DNA of 25,026 nucleotides from an uncultured virus (IMG/VR IMGVR_UViG_3300030419_006277) (Duplodnaviria > Heunggongvirae > Uroviricota > Caudoviricetes), in IMG/VR virus record IMGVR_UViG_3300030419_006277, positions 62,001-87,026 of that record; one strand, given 5' to 3'. Positions 1-8,731 of the stretch are shown here, piece by piece; the stretch's first letter is position 1, and each line of letters opens with the position of its first letter. The notes below the pieces were generated by a model that had not been told where the DNA came from, ran no database searches, and saw only the letters and a program-made list of their open reading frames with translations. Made by a program: the position numbers and the translations under genes.

Positions 1-5
1 AATTA

Positions 6-635
6 ATGGAACTTTTACCTTTATTTGCCTCTAATGTATTCAAAGTATGTATAGAAGAGGATACCGATTCTCTTCTTAATGAAGAGTCTTTTAGTAATTC
101 TGTTGAACAAGATAGACAGGAAGGTCTTTACAGTGTTGGGTGCTTAGACAAAGCAAATCAAAATATAAGAGTTTTAGACCGCCATCCTGAAGTAGCACGG
201 GTATTGCTAGATAAATGGATGATTATTGCAAGAGAGGTTCTTAATTATAATTGTAAATTTGTTCTTACTACGTCTTGGATAACTAAAAATTATAAAGGTA
301 TGAGTTCTCAGGAACATCATCATAAGAATAGTTTTTATTCTGGGATTTACTATTTTGATGATTATGATGAAAATGTAGGAAAGCTTATATTCAGCAGTCC
401 TTTAGCAACCTTTCCAGATTTTTTAATAGAACCAACTGAATACCATATAAAGAACTGCCCGGCTTGGATACATATTCCAAAAGCAAAAGAACTGGTGCTT
501 TTTCCTAGTTATCTGAATCATCAAGTACTACCTCATGGTAGTGATAAGCCAAGGAGATCTTTAGCTTTTAATATCGTTCCTACAGGAATTTATGGGATAG
601 GTGATTCTAAGTTGGATACTAAATGGCTCTCATGA
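6..635 (+). CDS. Putative 2OG-Fe(II) oxygenase (TIGR02466 / 2OG-FeII_Oxy_5-like)
   Basis: Motifs SWI...QEHHHKNSFYSGIYY, LVLFPSYLNHQV and RRSLAFN give the HxH...H...RxS pattern typical of cyanophage oxygenases. Confidence 0.85.
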   Translation: MELLPLFASNVFKVCIEEDTDSLLNEESFSNSVEQDRQEGLYSVGCLDKANQNIRVLDRHPEVARVLLDKWMIIAREVLNYNCKFVLTTSWITKNYKGMSSQEHHHKNSFYSGIYYFDDYDENVGKLIFSSPLATFPDFLIEPTEYHIKNCPAWIHIPKAKELVLFPSYLNHQVLPHGSDKPRRSLAFNIVPTGIYGIGDSKLDTKWLS

Positions 636-1117
636 AAATAATCCCTGACTTTTTACCTGAAGACTATTTTGCAAGCATAGAAAAGGATCTTGTATGGAAT
701 CACCAATTTCCATACTATTTATTAGATAAATGCAATTCATCTCAAACAGATGATAGTCAGTGGATGATGAGTCATACAGGATATATAGAAGATACTGCTA
801 GAACTGATCTATATACTGGAATGTTACGAGCTATACACATGCTTCCAGATTTTAGAACCTTAATTAGATTAAAAGCTAATTTTTATCCACAAACTACTGA
901 GATGGTTGAACATGCTCGTCATGTTGATTTCGATTTCTCTCATCATGGAGCAATTCTTTCTTTAAATACTTGCGATGGATTCACAAGATTAGAAGATGGT
1001 ACAAAAGTAGAGAGTGTAAGAAATCGATTATTAATTTTTGATGGTTCGACTATGCATAATTCTTCTACTACTACCGATGCTAAAGGCAGGTTTAATATAA
1101 ATATTAATTATTTATGA
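623..1117 (+). CDS. Putative 2OG-Fe(II) oxygenase
   Basis: RLKANFYP...HVD, NRLLIFDG..MH.S and RFNININY give an HxD...H...R facial triad. The true start may be the second ATG at 632, which overlaps the upstream stop. Confidence 0.8.
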   Translation: MALMKIIPDFLPEDYFASIEKDLVWNHQFPYYLLDKCNSSQTDDSQWMMSHTGYIEDTARTDLYTGMLRAIHMLPDFRTLIRLKANFYPQTTEMVEHARHVDFDFSHHGAILSLNTCDGFTRLEDGTKVESVRNRLLIFDGSTMHNSSTTTDAKGRFNININYL

Positions 1118-1133
1118 ATCTTGTATACAGCAT

Positions 1134-1161
1134 AAAAACCCCACCGAACCACCAGTGGGGT
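1134..1161 (-). terminator. Rho-independent terminator downstream of hli
   Basis: The minus strand reads accccactgg-tggt-tcggtggggt followed by a U run, a 10-bp stem whose G-U pairs form only on this strand. Confidence 0.75.
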
Positions 1162-1205
1162 AATCATGCAGACTGACCACTCTCGATTTAGTGACCAGAG
1201 TTATT

Positions 1206-1397
1206 TTAGAAGATTCCTGGGATAATTTGGCCAGTTGTTACATATGCTCCTAAAGCTGCAATAAAACCGATCATTGCCCAACGACCGTTAGCTTTTTCAG
1301 CGGCTTCGACGTATGAAGCTTCGCCTTCCATTACCGCAACTTGTGGCTCACGTGCGAAAACGTTTTGTCTTCCACCAGATTCGTTAGTAACAGTCAT
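1206..1397 (-). CDS. hli: High-light inducible protein (HLIP)
   Basis: AEKANGRWAMIGF chlorophyll-binding motif and the TGQIIPGIF C-terminus typical of phage and multicopy Prochlorococcus hli genes. Confidence 0.97.
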   Translation of the reverse strand: MTVTNESGGRQNVFAREPQVAVMEGEASYVEAAEKANGRWAMIGFIAALGAYVTTGQIIPGIF

Positions 1398-1424
1398 TTC
1401 TTAAGTAAGTATTTATTCTTATAT

Positions 1425-1452
1425 TTTACATGAAGTTTTATTAATTTTAGGT
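1425..1452. promoter_or_regulatory. HLR1-like (RpaB-type) direct repeats upstream of hli
   Basis: TTTACATG-aa-GTTTTATT-aa-TTTTAGGT resembles (G/T)TTACA(T/A)(T/A)-N2 repeats and abuts a minus-strand TAAAAT -10 box. The match is degenerate in AT-rich DNA. Confidence 0.45.
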
Positions 1453-1479
1453 ATTTATTACTATTTTGATTTCAAGATA

Positions 1480-1770
1480 TTATTCTTTGACTTCATAAAA
1501 AGTATATTTTAGGAAGAGTTCTTCTCCTTTTTTTATAGGATTTTTAGTTTTTATAAAATAAAAACCGTCATCAAAATATTTAAAGCAATTAGGGTCATCA
1601 GAGTGGTTTATAAATCCTCCTAAAGGAGTTCGATATATTACTTCCCCTATGAGTACATGAGACATTCCTAAGAAAGAGTCAGCAGGTATATCTTTTTTAG
1701 CAAAGATTCCTTGACCGGATATAGGACTATCCTGTACATGTAATTCTTTTGGTAGTGCTTGGTAACTCAT
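1480..1770 (-). CDS. Minimal SET-domain protein (putative lysine methyltransferase)
   Basis: SPISGQGIFAKKDI, FINHSDDPN and IKKGEELFLKY match SET motifs GxG, NHS.PN and ELxxxY. Confidence 0.9.
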   Translation of the reverse strand: MSYQALPKELHVQDSPISGQGIFAKKDIPADSFLGMSHVLIGEVIYRTPLGGFINHSDDPNCFKYFDDGFYFIKTKNPIKKGEELFLKYTFYEVKE

Positions 1771-1806
1771 AAAAATACCCTACTAGAGAAGACTAGCAGG
1801 GTATTT
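1771..1806 (-). terminator. Rho-independent terminator after the outer-membrane protein gene
   Basis: The minus strand reads aaataccctgctag-tcttct-ctagtagggtattttt. Confidence 0.75.
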
Positions 1807-1827
1807 GTTTACTTTTTAGCGTTTAAT

Positions 1828-2193
1828 TCAGAATGAATATTTAGCTCCGAGTTTGGTTCCCCAAGCATTGTCAGTGTCACCTTCAGCTGTAAGAACTGAG
1901 ATTTCACCATAGATACCTAGATTTTCATTAAGTTCAACATTTCCACCAACTTTTCCAGATAGTTGAGTATCATTGTCAGTTCCGTCGACCGCCACTATTG
2001 CAGGGCCTCCTTGGATGAAATAAGAAGCATTTTCTGAAATGTCACCTTCCCAACCTACATGAAGGTCGGTTGTGGCGTTTGTATAGTCTGAGCCGGTGTA
2101 CGAAGAATTGATTTCTGTGTTGATGTACGGTCCAGCGAAAGCAGCAGGTGCAGCTAAAGAAGCAGCGGCTGCAATGAGGATAGGTTTAATCAT
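1828..2193 (-). CDS. Small secreted beta-barrel / outer-membrane protein of the picocyanobacterial-cyanophage type
   Basis: Ala-rich signal peptide ending AAFA|G, alternating amphipathic beta strands and a C-terminal GAKYSF Bam-type signal. Confidence 0.7.
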   Translation of the reverse strand: MIKPILIAAAASLAAPAAFAGPYINTEINSSYTGSDYTNATTDLHVGWEGDISENASYFIQGGPAIVAVDGTDNDTQLSGKVGGNVELNENLGIYGEISVLTAEGDTDNAWGTKLGAKYSF

Positions 2194-2270
2194 TTTTCTC
2201 TTTGATCAAAGAAAGGGTTGAGTCATTGTTACCCTAACATTGAAAAATCCAGGCACTGCAAGGGGTTTGA

Positions 2271-4850
2271 CTATGACACTTTATGTTCTGGCAGTATAGT
2301 TGGAGCAGATTCATGTTTTTGATCAGAGCTTCTTACTGCTAATCCTTTTATAAATGGGCGCCCTTGTTTACTAAAGTGTCGTATTTCTTTTAGCCCTAAT
2401 TGGTTCTTACAGCAGTCGAGAAGTAAAGATATAAATCTTTTTTGACCAACTGGTTTTGATCCTGTGTCTTCACAGTAAGAGCAATAACTTGCATAGAGAT
2501 GATAATTGCTATTGCAATATCTTTCTTTAGCATCTTTTGCTGCTGGGATTTTTTTACCAACTGATGAAACTATTTCTGGCTGGTGTATAACTTCAGACTG
2601 GAGCCATTCAACTAAGTTGTTACTAGTTAATAGAATGTCGTTGCGAACTTTTTTAAGTGAGTGTACTTTTTCATAGGTATCTAGTAGATATTCGCGCATA
2701 TCTTCTGTTTTCATCGCTAAAACCCAGTTAACTAACCCAGGTAGATAATTCTTCCATAACCCTTTTACGATTCCACTTTCTATTTTTATCATCTCTTTCG
2801 CTTCCGAATTTTTATCCCATAGTGGGCGATTAAACTCGACAGTTAAGCGTCGTCTAGTAAGACCAGAAGTGTTATCTGTTGTTTGGATCGGTTCATTGGC
2901 GCAGACCATAACCATGCCTGTATAAACAAATGGTTCTCCTACATTTTTATTTTTTTCTTCAAATCGAAGATTGTCTCCCCCTGTTAGTGCTTTAAATATC
3001 TGAGCTGATCCGCCATATCTTTCTGAGTCATTGATTAGTGTTAATCGTTTTCCTTTAATAGAAGCGACTTCAAATCTACTTTGCTCTAGTTGGTTAAGGG
3101 TGCTACTTGCATAGTTTCCGGGTCCTACAAGAGAACAGCAGAGATTGGCGAAGGTTGATTTACCTCTTCCACCAGGTCCAATTACTTCCAAGAAACGTTG
3201 CAGTTCATGCCCTTGTCCTATTAGACAAGCTTTTAGCCATGCTCTAAGTACCTGAACTCTTTCTACGTCATTGTATTGAGTTCGATTTAACCAGTTAATG
3301 ATAGGCCCTGGATCGGCATTAGGGTCATAGTCAAAATCTAGCCCCCAGGTTAGATAGTGTTCTGGGTTGTGTTCTAAGAATTCACCTGTACTGATTTCGA
3401 GAACTCCGTTACGGAAAGCTAGGCGATCGTCATCATCGTCCCAATAGGTATGAGTTATATACGCTTGGGTGAGATTAACTACATCAGTAAGTAGATGGGA
3501 GGTATAGCCACCTGGGGTTGGGATTCTTTCATGTGTGAATAGATCTTGTACAAAGTGTTTGTACTCGTTTTTATAGTCTTCTCGTCTCCAAGTTCCTTTG
3601 GTTCTTTGATAGAACATGAATGTGTCGTATTTGGGATCATATCTCCAACCACATTCAATGACCATTCCGGTTACGAATTCAGCTAGTTCAGATGCTGGAG
3701 GGGTTTTAGGACGTCCTTTACTTCGAACTTTTTCGTTTACTCCCTCTTCTATTTCTTTCTCAGGTTTCCCAATAATCTTTTTAAGGGCACTGTGGATTGT
3801 CTGGTCTCTCATAATGTCTTCTCCGTTAAACATTGCTTTTGCTCTTTTTGCGAGCACTTCTGGATCTGATTCGACTACGAATCCCCCAAAGTCAACGAAT
3901 CCGTCTTCTTTGGCTTTTGCTCGCAGGGTGTGTACACCTGCAGCACCTTCTGGAGCAGGCCCACCTGGTATACGTTCAAATGTTGACCATTTCTGTTCAC
4001 AGGCACCTTCTTCGAAGTTGTCTGCTTGTGACGACCAATCGACCCATTCTTTTAGTAGGCAATCATCAACTTGATGAAGTGCCATACCAATAGTGAGCCA
4101 TTCGTCATAGTCAATTGCTCTTTCTTGGTTTAAATGATCTAGATAGATTTTTGTTTCATTAATTATTTCTTCTTTTCGATATTCAGATTCGTCTTCGTAA
4201 TTCAGATTTATTTGTTGAGTTAGGACTCCACTTGTTGCTGGTTTTCTATATTTATGAGTTGGGAAGGCTCTTGCTATTGCTTGATATAGCCATTCAGGTA
4301 GTTCGGGAGGATTTTTTGCGAATTCGTAGCCGCCATGGGAGGTAGTGTAATAACCAGCAGTATCGGGATGGCTACCCATAAGGGCTCCCTGTCTTGAACG
4401 AAATAAGATTTCGAAAGATGGGATACCTATTTTTATTGTGGCTTTATCAGGTATTAGAGCCAACTTTGCAGTTGGTACTCTGTACAGCATTCTTTGCCGA
4501 CCTGGTTTTCCAGATGAGATTGTTAGTGTTCTTGGAAAGATGGAGGAGAGTGGTCCACCAGCGAGTTCTTCTAGTGCTGGTACAGCATCTGGGCCATCGA
4601 TATCTACCCAAACCAAACCACCTTCGTTTGACCACTGACCACTAATTAATCCGACTCCTGAGGCTCTTCCTTCTTCCAATTCTCTTTTAATTTGTTCAAG
4701 AGAATAAGGATGAGAGTTCCAACCTGCTACATAGGCTCTCTTATCCCTGAGGGGCGTTAATGCCCAATCAGGGGGTATGAGATTGAGATTGATTTCTCCG
4801 GGCTCTAGCTTGCTGTTAGGCTCTTTAGGAGATGGCGTAGCAGTTGGCAC
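2271..4850 (-). CDS. Primase-helicase: N-terminal Prim-Pol, PriCT-2, D5_N-like and SF3 helicase domains
   Basis: WVDIDG (Prim-Pol DxD); DYDEWLTIGMALH...W..WS (PriCT-2); AFRNGVL...H.PE.YLT (D5_N); GPGGRGKST Walker A, LINDS Walker B and MVCANE motif C. GTG start. Confidence 0.92.
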   Translation of the reverse strand: MPTATPSPKEPNSKLEPGEINLNLIPPDWALTPLRDKRAYVAGWNSHPYSLEQIKRELEEGRASGVGLISGQWSNEGGLVWVDIDGPDAVPALEELAGGPLSSIFPRTLTISSGKPGRQRMLYRVPTAKLALIPDKATIKIGIPSFEILFRSRQGALMGSHPDTAGYYTTSHGGYEFAKNPPELPEWLYQAIARAFPTHKYRKPATSGVLTQQINLNYEDESEYRKEEIINETKIYLDHLNQERAIDYDEWLTIGMALHQVDDCLLKEWVDWSSQADNFEEGACEQKWSTFERIPGGPAPEGAAGVHTLRAKAKEDGFVDFGGFVVESDPEVLAKRAKAMFNGEDIMRDQTIHSALKKIIGKPEKEIEEGVNEKVRSKGRPKTPPASELAEFVTGMVIECGWRYDPKYDTFMFYQRTKGTWRREDYKNEYKHFVQDLFTHERIPTPGGYTSHLLTDVVNLTQAYITHTYWDDDDDRLAFRNGVLEISTGEFLEHNPEHYLTWGLDFDYDPNADPGPIINWLNRTQYNDVERVQVLRAWLKACLIGQGHELQRFLEVIGPGGRGKSTFANLCCSLVGPGNYASSTLNQLEQSRFEVASIKGKRLTLINDSERYGGSAQIFKALTGGDNLRFEEKNKNVGEPFVYTGMVMVCANEPIQTTDNTSGLTRRRLTVEFNRPLWDKNSEAKEMIKIESGIVKGLWKNYLPGLVNWVLAMKTEDMREYLLDTYEKVHSLKKVRNDILLTSNNLVEWLQSEVIHQPEIVSSVGKKIPAAKDAKERYCNSNYHLYASYCSYCEDTGSKPVGQKRFISLLLDCCKNQLGLKEIRHFSKQGRPFIKGLAVRSSDQKHESAPTILPEHKVS

Positions 4851-4958
4851 TTTGTCGTCTTTCGTATATTAGGTAATAACACCAGTAGTAGAGTAGCTTG
4901 TTTTCGCGCATGCGCTAGGGATGGTGTAATTCCAATTTATAGGGAATTTATTTGTTCT

Positions 4959-5783
4959 TCATTTTTCTTTTGCATCTCCGTTGACGGCATCCATTTCGAT
5001 TTCAGAGTTTTCTTTAGCGGGTAGAATCTCTTCGTAATATTTGGCAACAGTATCTAGCCACTTCTGTTTGTACTTTTCAATAGTTGCCGGCTGGATTGCA
5101 AATACTTGAACGCTTTCCCTTGTTGCGACAAACGTCATGCATATTTGCGGAACTACGTTAATGGTGTGTTCTAGTGCTAATGCGTAGGCTGCTAATTGTA
5201 GTTGACATTTTGAATATTTCATGAAGCCAGCTCTTCTTTTGCCATATTCTCCTTTCGGTGTTTCAGGCCCTGGCCATCTTGAATAGTACGGTCCATTACT
5301 GGTTTTTAAGTCTCCCAGTACTATTTTTCCTCGATACTCTGCCACTATGTCAGGAGCTCCGGCCCACCCCCATTTTTTATCCTTATTAATTCCTGGGTGC
5401 CAGACTCTGGATATTCCGTCACCTCCCATTGTCCATCCAAAGTCATCTGGATTTGCGGGGTTTTCTGCCCATAGGACATTCTCTAATTTTTCTAGATTTT
5501 CAGGCAATCCATTCCAAAATTCTGCTATTTCTGGATCATCAATTTGAGGGTCTTTATTGCTTCCGAGAAGATATTCCTCCATTAGAGAGTGTACTTTTGT
5601 ACCTCTAGCGGCTGCTGCTTCTCTTCCTCCAGGGTTCTTTTTAGCCCATCGTTCTAATGCTGCTTTGTTTCCTGATGTAGCAGAGAGAATTGTTGTAACT
5701 GACGGGAGCGCACCATAAGGAGTTTTATAATGTCTCGAGCCACCGATTGTGAGTCGAGTATCTCCTTCAGAGCGATAATCCAA
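4959..5783 (-). CDS. PD-(D/E)XK phage exonuclease
   Basis: LPSVTTIL, RGTKVH, AGAPD...DLKTS and QLAAY motifs. TTG start. Confidence 0.88.
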   Translation of the reverse strand: MDYRSEGDTRLTIGGSRHYKTPYGALPSVTTILSATSGNKAALERWAKKNPGGREAAAARGTKVHSLMEEYLLGSNKDPQIDDPEIAEFWNGLPENLEKLENVLWAENPANPDDFGWTMGGDGISRVWHPGINKDKKWGWAGAPDIVAEYRGKIVLGDLKTSNGPYYSRWPGPETPKGEYGKRRAGFMKYSKCQLQLAAYALALEHTINVVPQICMTFVATRESVQVFAIQPATIEKYKQKWLDTVAKYYEEILPAKENSEIEMDAVNGDAKEK

Positions 5784-5835
5784 GAGACAAAATTACAATT
5801 GAAAGGAGAATAACCCTCCTAAACCTTTCTTTTTC

Positions 5836-6144
5836 TTAGTCGTGTTCTACTTCTGGTGGCCGTTCTGTGAAGCAGTTGTCAATTTTGGCTGCGAATTGCA
5901 TGTTTTGATATTGTCCAACGTGTGCTTGGATTCGAGAGTGGATAGTAAATGCTGTCTTTACTGCCTCTTCGGGATTAATCATTAATTTTGAATTAGCCAT
6001 TAGTCCGGCAGTTAGGATTGTTATTGCTAATTCTTGTGGGTTATTAGTGAAAGCTCTTAGAGATTTCCCATTATCAGTGAATGATGAGACTAGGAAATCG
6101 AGATGTTCCAGGTTTGGATTTTCTGGTGGAGCCGTGTCTGACAT
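5836..6144 (-). CDS. Hypothetical protein
   Basis: 102-aa ORF tightly coupled in the minus-strand operon; no motif recognised. Confidence 0.7.
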   Translation of the reverse strand: MSDTAPPENPNLEHLDFLVSSFTDNGKSLRAFTNNPQELAITILTAGLMANSKLMINPEEAVKTAFTIHSRIQAHVGQYQNMQFAAKIDNCFTERPPEVEHD

Positions 6145-6146
6145 GA

Positions 6147-6401
6147 TTAATCTTCCAGATTATGGATGTGATAAAGAGAGATAGTATTTCTTTTTATGAT
6201 AGGCACTAGTAAACCTTCGTCTTTTAGAGCATTGATACGCCTTTGGATGGTTCGGTGATTTCGGTCAAATTTTTTTACTACTTGAGTAATGGGTATAAGA
6301 ACAAGATGATTCCCCTCGAATTCGGTGGATTCTTCAAGTAAGTAATCGTGAACATCCCTTGCGAGATCATCCATTAGATGGGTAGATACTGGTCTTTTCA
6401 C
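6147..6401 (-). CDS. Putative winged helix-turn-helix DNA-binding protein
   Basis: IPITQVVKKFDRNHRTIQRRINALKDEGLL followed by a beta hairpin fits a wHTH pattern. Confidence 0.65.
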   Translation of the reverse strand: MKRPVSTHLMDDLARDVHDYLLEESTEFEGNHLVLIPITQVVKKFDRNHRTIQRRINALKDEGLLVPIIKRNTISLYHIHNLED

Positions 6402-6688
6402 TCTACGGACTTCTTATTTGGTACAGTCGATTCTAGGGGCGTCTCACTCTGTTTTTCTTTCTCTTTGTCTACGAGATATTGTTGATATTTAATCACTCCA
6501 TTTTTTGCTGTTTGTAAATCAAGGGTCCAGCATGGCTCCCATTCATGGGCTTTACTAGGGAACGAGTACAAGATGTTTCCTGTATTGCCATGTTTCAGGC
6601 TTTTGATTTCATATCCCGCGAACATTATGGATTCTCGGATCTCAGATGGTCCGCCTTTGTAAGTGATCTTTTTTGAACTCCTCATCAT
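6398..6688 (-). CDS. Hypothetical protein
   Basis: 96-aa ORF with a 4-nt overlap into the next gene. Confidence 0.7.
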   Translation of the reverse strand: MMRSSKKITYKGGPSEIRESIMFAGYEIKSLKHGNTGNILYSFPSKAHEWEPCWTLDLQTAKNGVIKYQQYLVDKEKEKQSETPLESTVPNKKSVE

Positions 6689-6736
6689 TAGAGGTGCGAC
6701 AACTAGACCACATTATCTTGCCTAATCCAAGAGTTA

Positions 6737-6895
6737 TTACTTTGATGTTTCTCGATTTAAAGCGAATGTCGATTTTGGGGGTGCAATATCAATTTCCAGT
6801 TTTTTAGACCGGTTTAGATCCCATTTGGAGCCATTTCCTTTGTTTTTTGCTGCCCTTTCAATGACATCATATAATTTTTTTCTTTTTTGATCCAT
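6737..6895 (-). CDS. Small basic hypothetical protein (52 aa, not in ORF track)
   Basis: Manual translation MDQKRKKLYDVIERAAKNKGNGSKWDLNRSKKLEIDIAPPKSTFALNRETSK; fills the operon gap. Confidence 0.5.
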   Translation of the reverse strand: MDQKRKKLYDVIERAAKNKGNGSKWDLNRSKKLEIDIAPPKSTFALNRETSK

Positions 6896-7145
6896 TTTTG
6901 TTTTTAGTGATTTTAGTTAAAGTAAAAGTTCCGTCGTCTTGGTTTACCCAATCCACTTCATCGCCAACCTTCCAATTCAGTTTTTTAAGTAAATCTTCTG
7001 GAAAGTCGAAGATACCTTCTCTATTAATACTAATCGACCAAGATTGGTTAAAGAAAAGTTTTTTACCATTTGCAATGGAGGCAATTAGGCGAGTATTGGA
7101 AAACGGTACGCAAGTCAGGGTAGCGGGTTCTTTTTTCTTCTTCAA
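6867..7145 (-). CDS. AbrB/MazE/SpoVT-like DNA-binding protein
   Basis: GIFDFPEDLLKKLNWKVGDEVDW...DGTFTLTK matches the swapped-hairpin pattern. Start codon uncertain. Confidence 0.7.
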   Translation of the reverse strand: MKKKKEPATLTCVPFSNTRLIASIANGKKLFFNQSWSISINREGIFDFPEDLLKKLNWKVGDEVDWVNQDDGTFTLTKITKNKNGSKKKKII

Positions 7146-7152
7146 TTTTTTG

Positions 7153-7755
7153 TTACACTCCTGTTTTGATTCTCTTTCTTAAGTTGTAAGTAAGTGAGAC
7201 TCTTTGGACTAATTGCACGGCGGCAGGAGCTTTTCCTGAGTTTGACTCTAGTTCTTCTTTGATTTTTTCTTTATCTGGCATATCTTCTTCTTTTTTATTA
7301 ACTAATTCATTATTTTTTAATCTTGTTATTTTTGTTTCTTTACGAAGTGTAAAGTTTTTCTTTTCTTCATCTGACCAATCTTGATAGTTATCAATCAGTT
7401 TAGATTGAACTGGTCTAATTGTAGCTTGATACTTTTGTCCTGTTGGTTTAGAGCCTATCAATTTCTGTTCATATGCGACTTTAATAATATTAATAATGCA
7501 CTTACGCTTGCTTTCCCAGTGTTGTTTGTTTGCTTTAATTTCTTCTGTTTCTCGGTTTAGATTTTCTATATATTTATCACAATCTTTTATTAATCTAATA
7601 ATCGCATCGAATTTTGATTCTTTTCTAGATTTTAGGGATTTCCATATTTCTACTAACTCCTTTTTTTCCTCTTCATCTAACTCTTCTTCAGCTAGTAGTA
7701 ATTCCATCTGATGACTGTGCTCAAGCAGCATCGCAAATGTAAGTGGATCCGGCAT
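7153..7755 (-). CDS. Siphovirus Gp157-like protein
   Basis: Acidic N-terminus, KFDAIIRLIK coiled coil, PDKEKIKEEL and a terminal beta strand; located beside SSB and recombination genes. Confidence 0.65.
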   Translation of the reverse strand: MPDPLTFAMLLEHSHQMELLLAEEELDEEEKKELVEIWKSLKSRKESKFDAIIRLIKDCDKYIENLNRETEEIKANKQHWESKRKCIINIIKVAYEQKLIGSKPTGQKYQATIRPVQSKLIDNYQDWSDEEKKNFTLRKETKITRLKNNELVNKKEEDMPDKEKIKEELESNSGKAPAAVQLVQRVSLTYNLRKRIKTGV

Positions 7756-7757
7756 TC

Positions 7758-7898
7758 CTATTTACCTTGACCTCGATAGGGTTTTTTCCCTTGAACGCTG
7801 AAAGATCCTCGTTTCCTTCTGCCGTTTCCAATAGATGTTTTTTTAGGAACAGACTCTTTTTGTAATTTTGTTTCTCCCCAAGCCGCTTTTTTGGGCAT
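7758..7898 (-). CDS. Small basic phage protein (46 aa, not in ORF track)
   Basis: Manual translation MPKKAAWGETKLQKESVPKKTSIGNGRRKRGSFSVQGKKPYRGQGK. The PKKT..GNG...YRGQG pattern is recalled from marine phages, and a promoter lies just upstream. Confidence 0.8.
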   Translation of the reverse strand: MPKKAAWGETKLQKESVPKKTSIGNGRRKRGSFSVQGKKPYRGQGK

Positions 7899-7921
7899 TC
7901 TTTATAAGAAGTTGTAGCTCA

Positions 7922-7949
7922 ATTTTATGCCGGGTACGGTTAATGTCAA
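7922..7949 (-). promoter_or_regulatory. Sigma70-type promoter for the minus-strand operon
   Basis: TTGACA-16 nt-TAAAAT on the minus strand, 23 nt upstream of the ATG at 7898. Confidence 0.7.
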
Positions 7950-7985
7950 TAATATTGGTTAAAATGGAATATATGCCTTGTTTTT

Positions 7986-8234
7986 ATGGCAGCATTTAAG
8001 GTTACAGAAGTATCTTTTGAGCCGATTGATTTTTCTCCAACCTTGGAGGATGAGTTCACTATGACAGCGGTTTCGAAAGAAATTGAGTCAGTAGATGATA
8101 TTGATCAATTGAAGTTAGGTGCTTTGAATTTATTGAAAGTTGCAGTGCATCGTCAAGCGGTTATTCGTGGATTGTGTAAGCGCCTCGCCAAGATCGAGAC
8201 ATATGGAGTTACTACAACTAAACATCAAGATTGA
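7986..8234 (+). CDS. Hypothetical protein
   Basis: 82-aa helical ORF (LEDEF...IESVDDIDQLK...LLK) with an upstream TAAAAT. Confidence 0.7.
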   Translation: MAAFKVTEVSFEPIDFSPTLEDEFTMTAVSKEIESVDDIDQLKLGALNLLKVAVHRQAVIRGLCKRLAKIETYGVTTTKHQD

Positions 8235-8368
8235 ATCCAATTAAACAACATAAAAAGTTATTAAAATTGGCGACTAAGGCTCAACAGTGTACGTCTCGAG
8301 AGAAAGCACAAAAGTTGATTACTAAAGCTGATAAAGCTCAAGCAAAGCTTTCGACTTCCTCTTCGTAA
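8231..8368 (+). CDS. Small helical protein, picocyanobacterial-type (45 aa, not in ORF track)
   Basis: TTG start overlapping the upstream TGA; MNPIKQHKKLLKLATKAQQCTSREKAQKLITKADKAQAKLSTSSS. The CTSREKAQK motif is recalled from Prochlorococcus small proteins. Confidence 0.65.
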   Translation: MNPIKQHKKLLKLATKAQQCTSREKAQKLITKADKAQAKLSTSSS

Positions 8369-8601
8369 AAAGTATTACCATCTTCACTAATCATTAGCTT
8401 TACCCACTTATTTTTTGTTGTCTGGGCATAGCATTCGAGACATTTTTCCTGTCCTTTATTTGTAGTCCAAACTCGAACCCACCAACTTTCCATAGGGTCC
8501 CAGATGTAACCTTTATTTCGGAGAGATTCTACTTCCTCTTCTGATAGATCTTCTTTTATAGGAGTGAAAAGGTGGTTGTCGTCAAAAAGATAGTCACTCA
8601 T
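8338..8601 (-). CDS. Hypothetical protein
   Basis: 87-aa Trp-rich ORF (WWVRVWTT). Confidence 0.7.
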   Translation of the reverse strand: MSDYLFDDNHLFTPIKEDLSEEEVESLRNKGYIWDPMESWWVRVWTTNKGQEKCLECYAQTTKNKWVKLMISEDGNTFYEEEVESFA

Positions 8602-8725
8602 CTTCTGTTACTAGTGATTTGAGAGCCAAACCAATTACTGTGACTACTACAGCCGCCATGCTCGCTCCTACTACAAAGAATAGGAGCTGAGACATGATTG
8701 CGTATAGGACTGGGTATTCAGTCAT
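8594..8725 (-). CDS. Small single-transmembrane protein (43 aa, not in ORF track)
   Basis: MTEYPVLYAIMSQLLFFVVGASMAAVVVTVIGLALKSLVTEDE; fills the gap between flanking minus-strand genes. Confidence 0.6.
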   Translation of the reverse strand: MTEYPVLYAIMSQLLFFVVGASMAAVVVTVIGLALKSLVTEDE

Positions 8726-8731
8726 TTGGAT

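Noticed and set aside
3616..5547. ORFs 3616-4074, 3833-4093, 4394-4645, 4438-4638, 4447-4635 and 5347-5547
   Set aside because: They are antisense or out-of-frame shadows inside the well-supported primase-helicase and exonuclease genes.
4959..5783. Cas4/CRISPR association of the PD-(D/E)XK nuclease
   Set aside because: No four-Cys Fe-S motif, and no repeat-spacer array or cas genes in the window.
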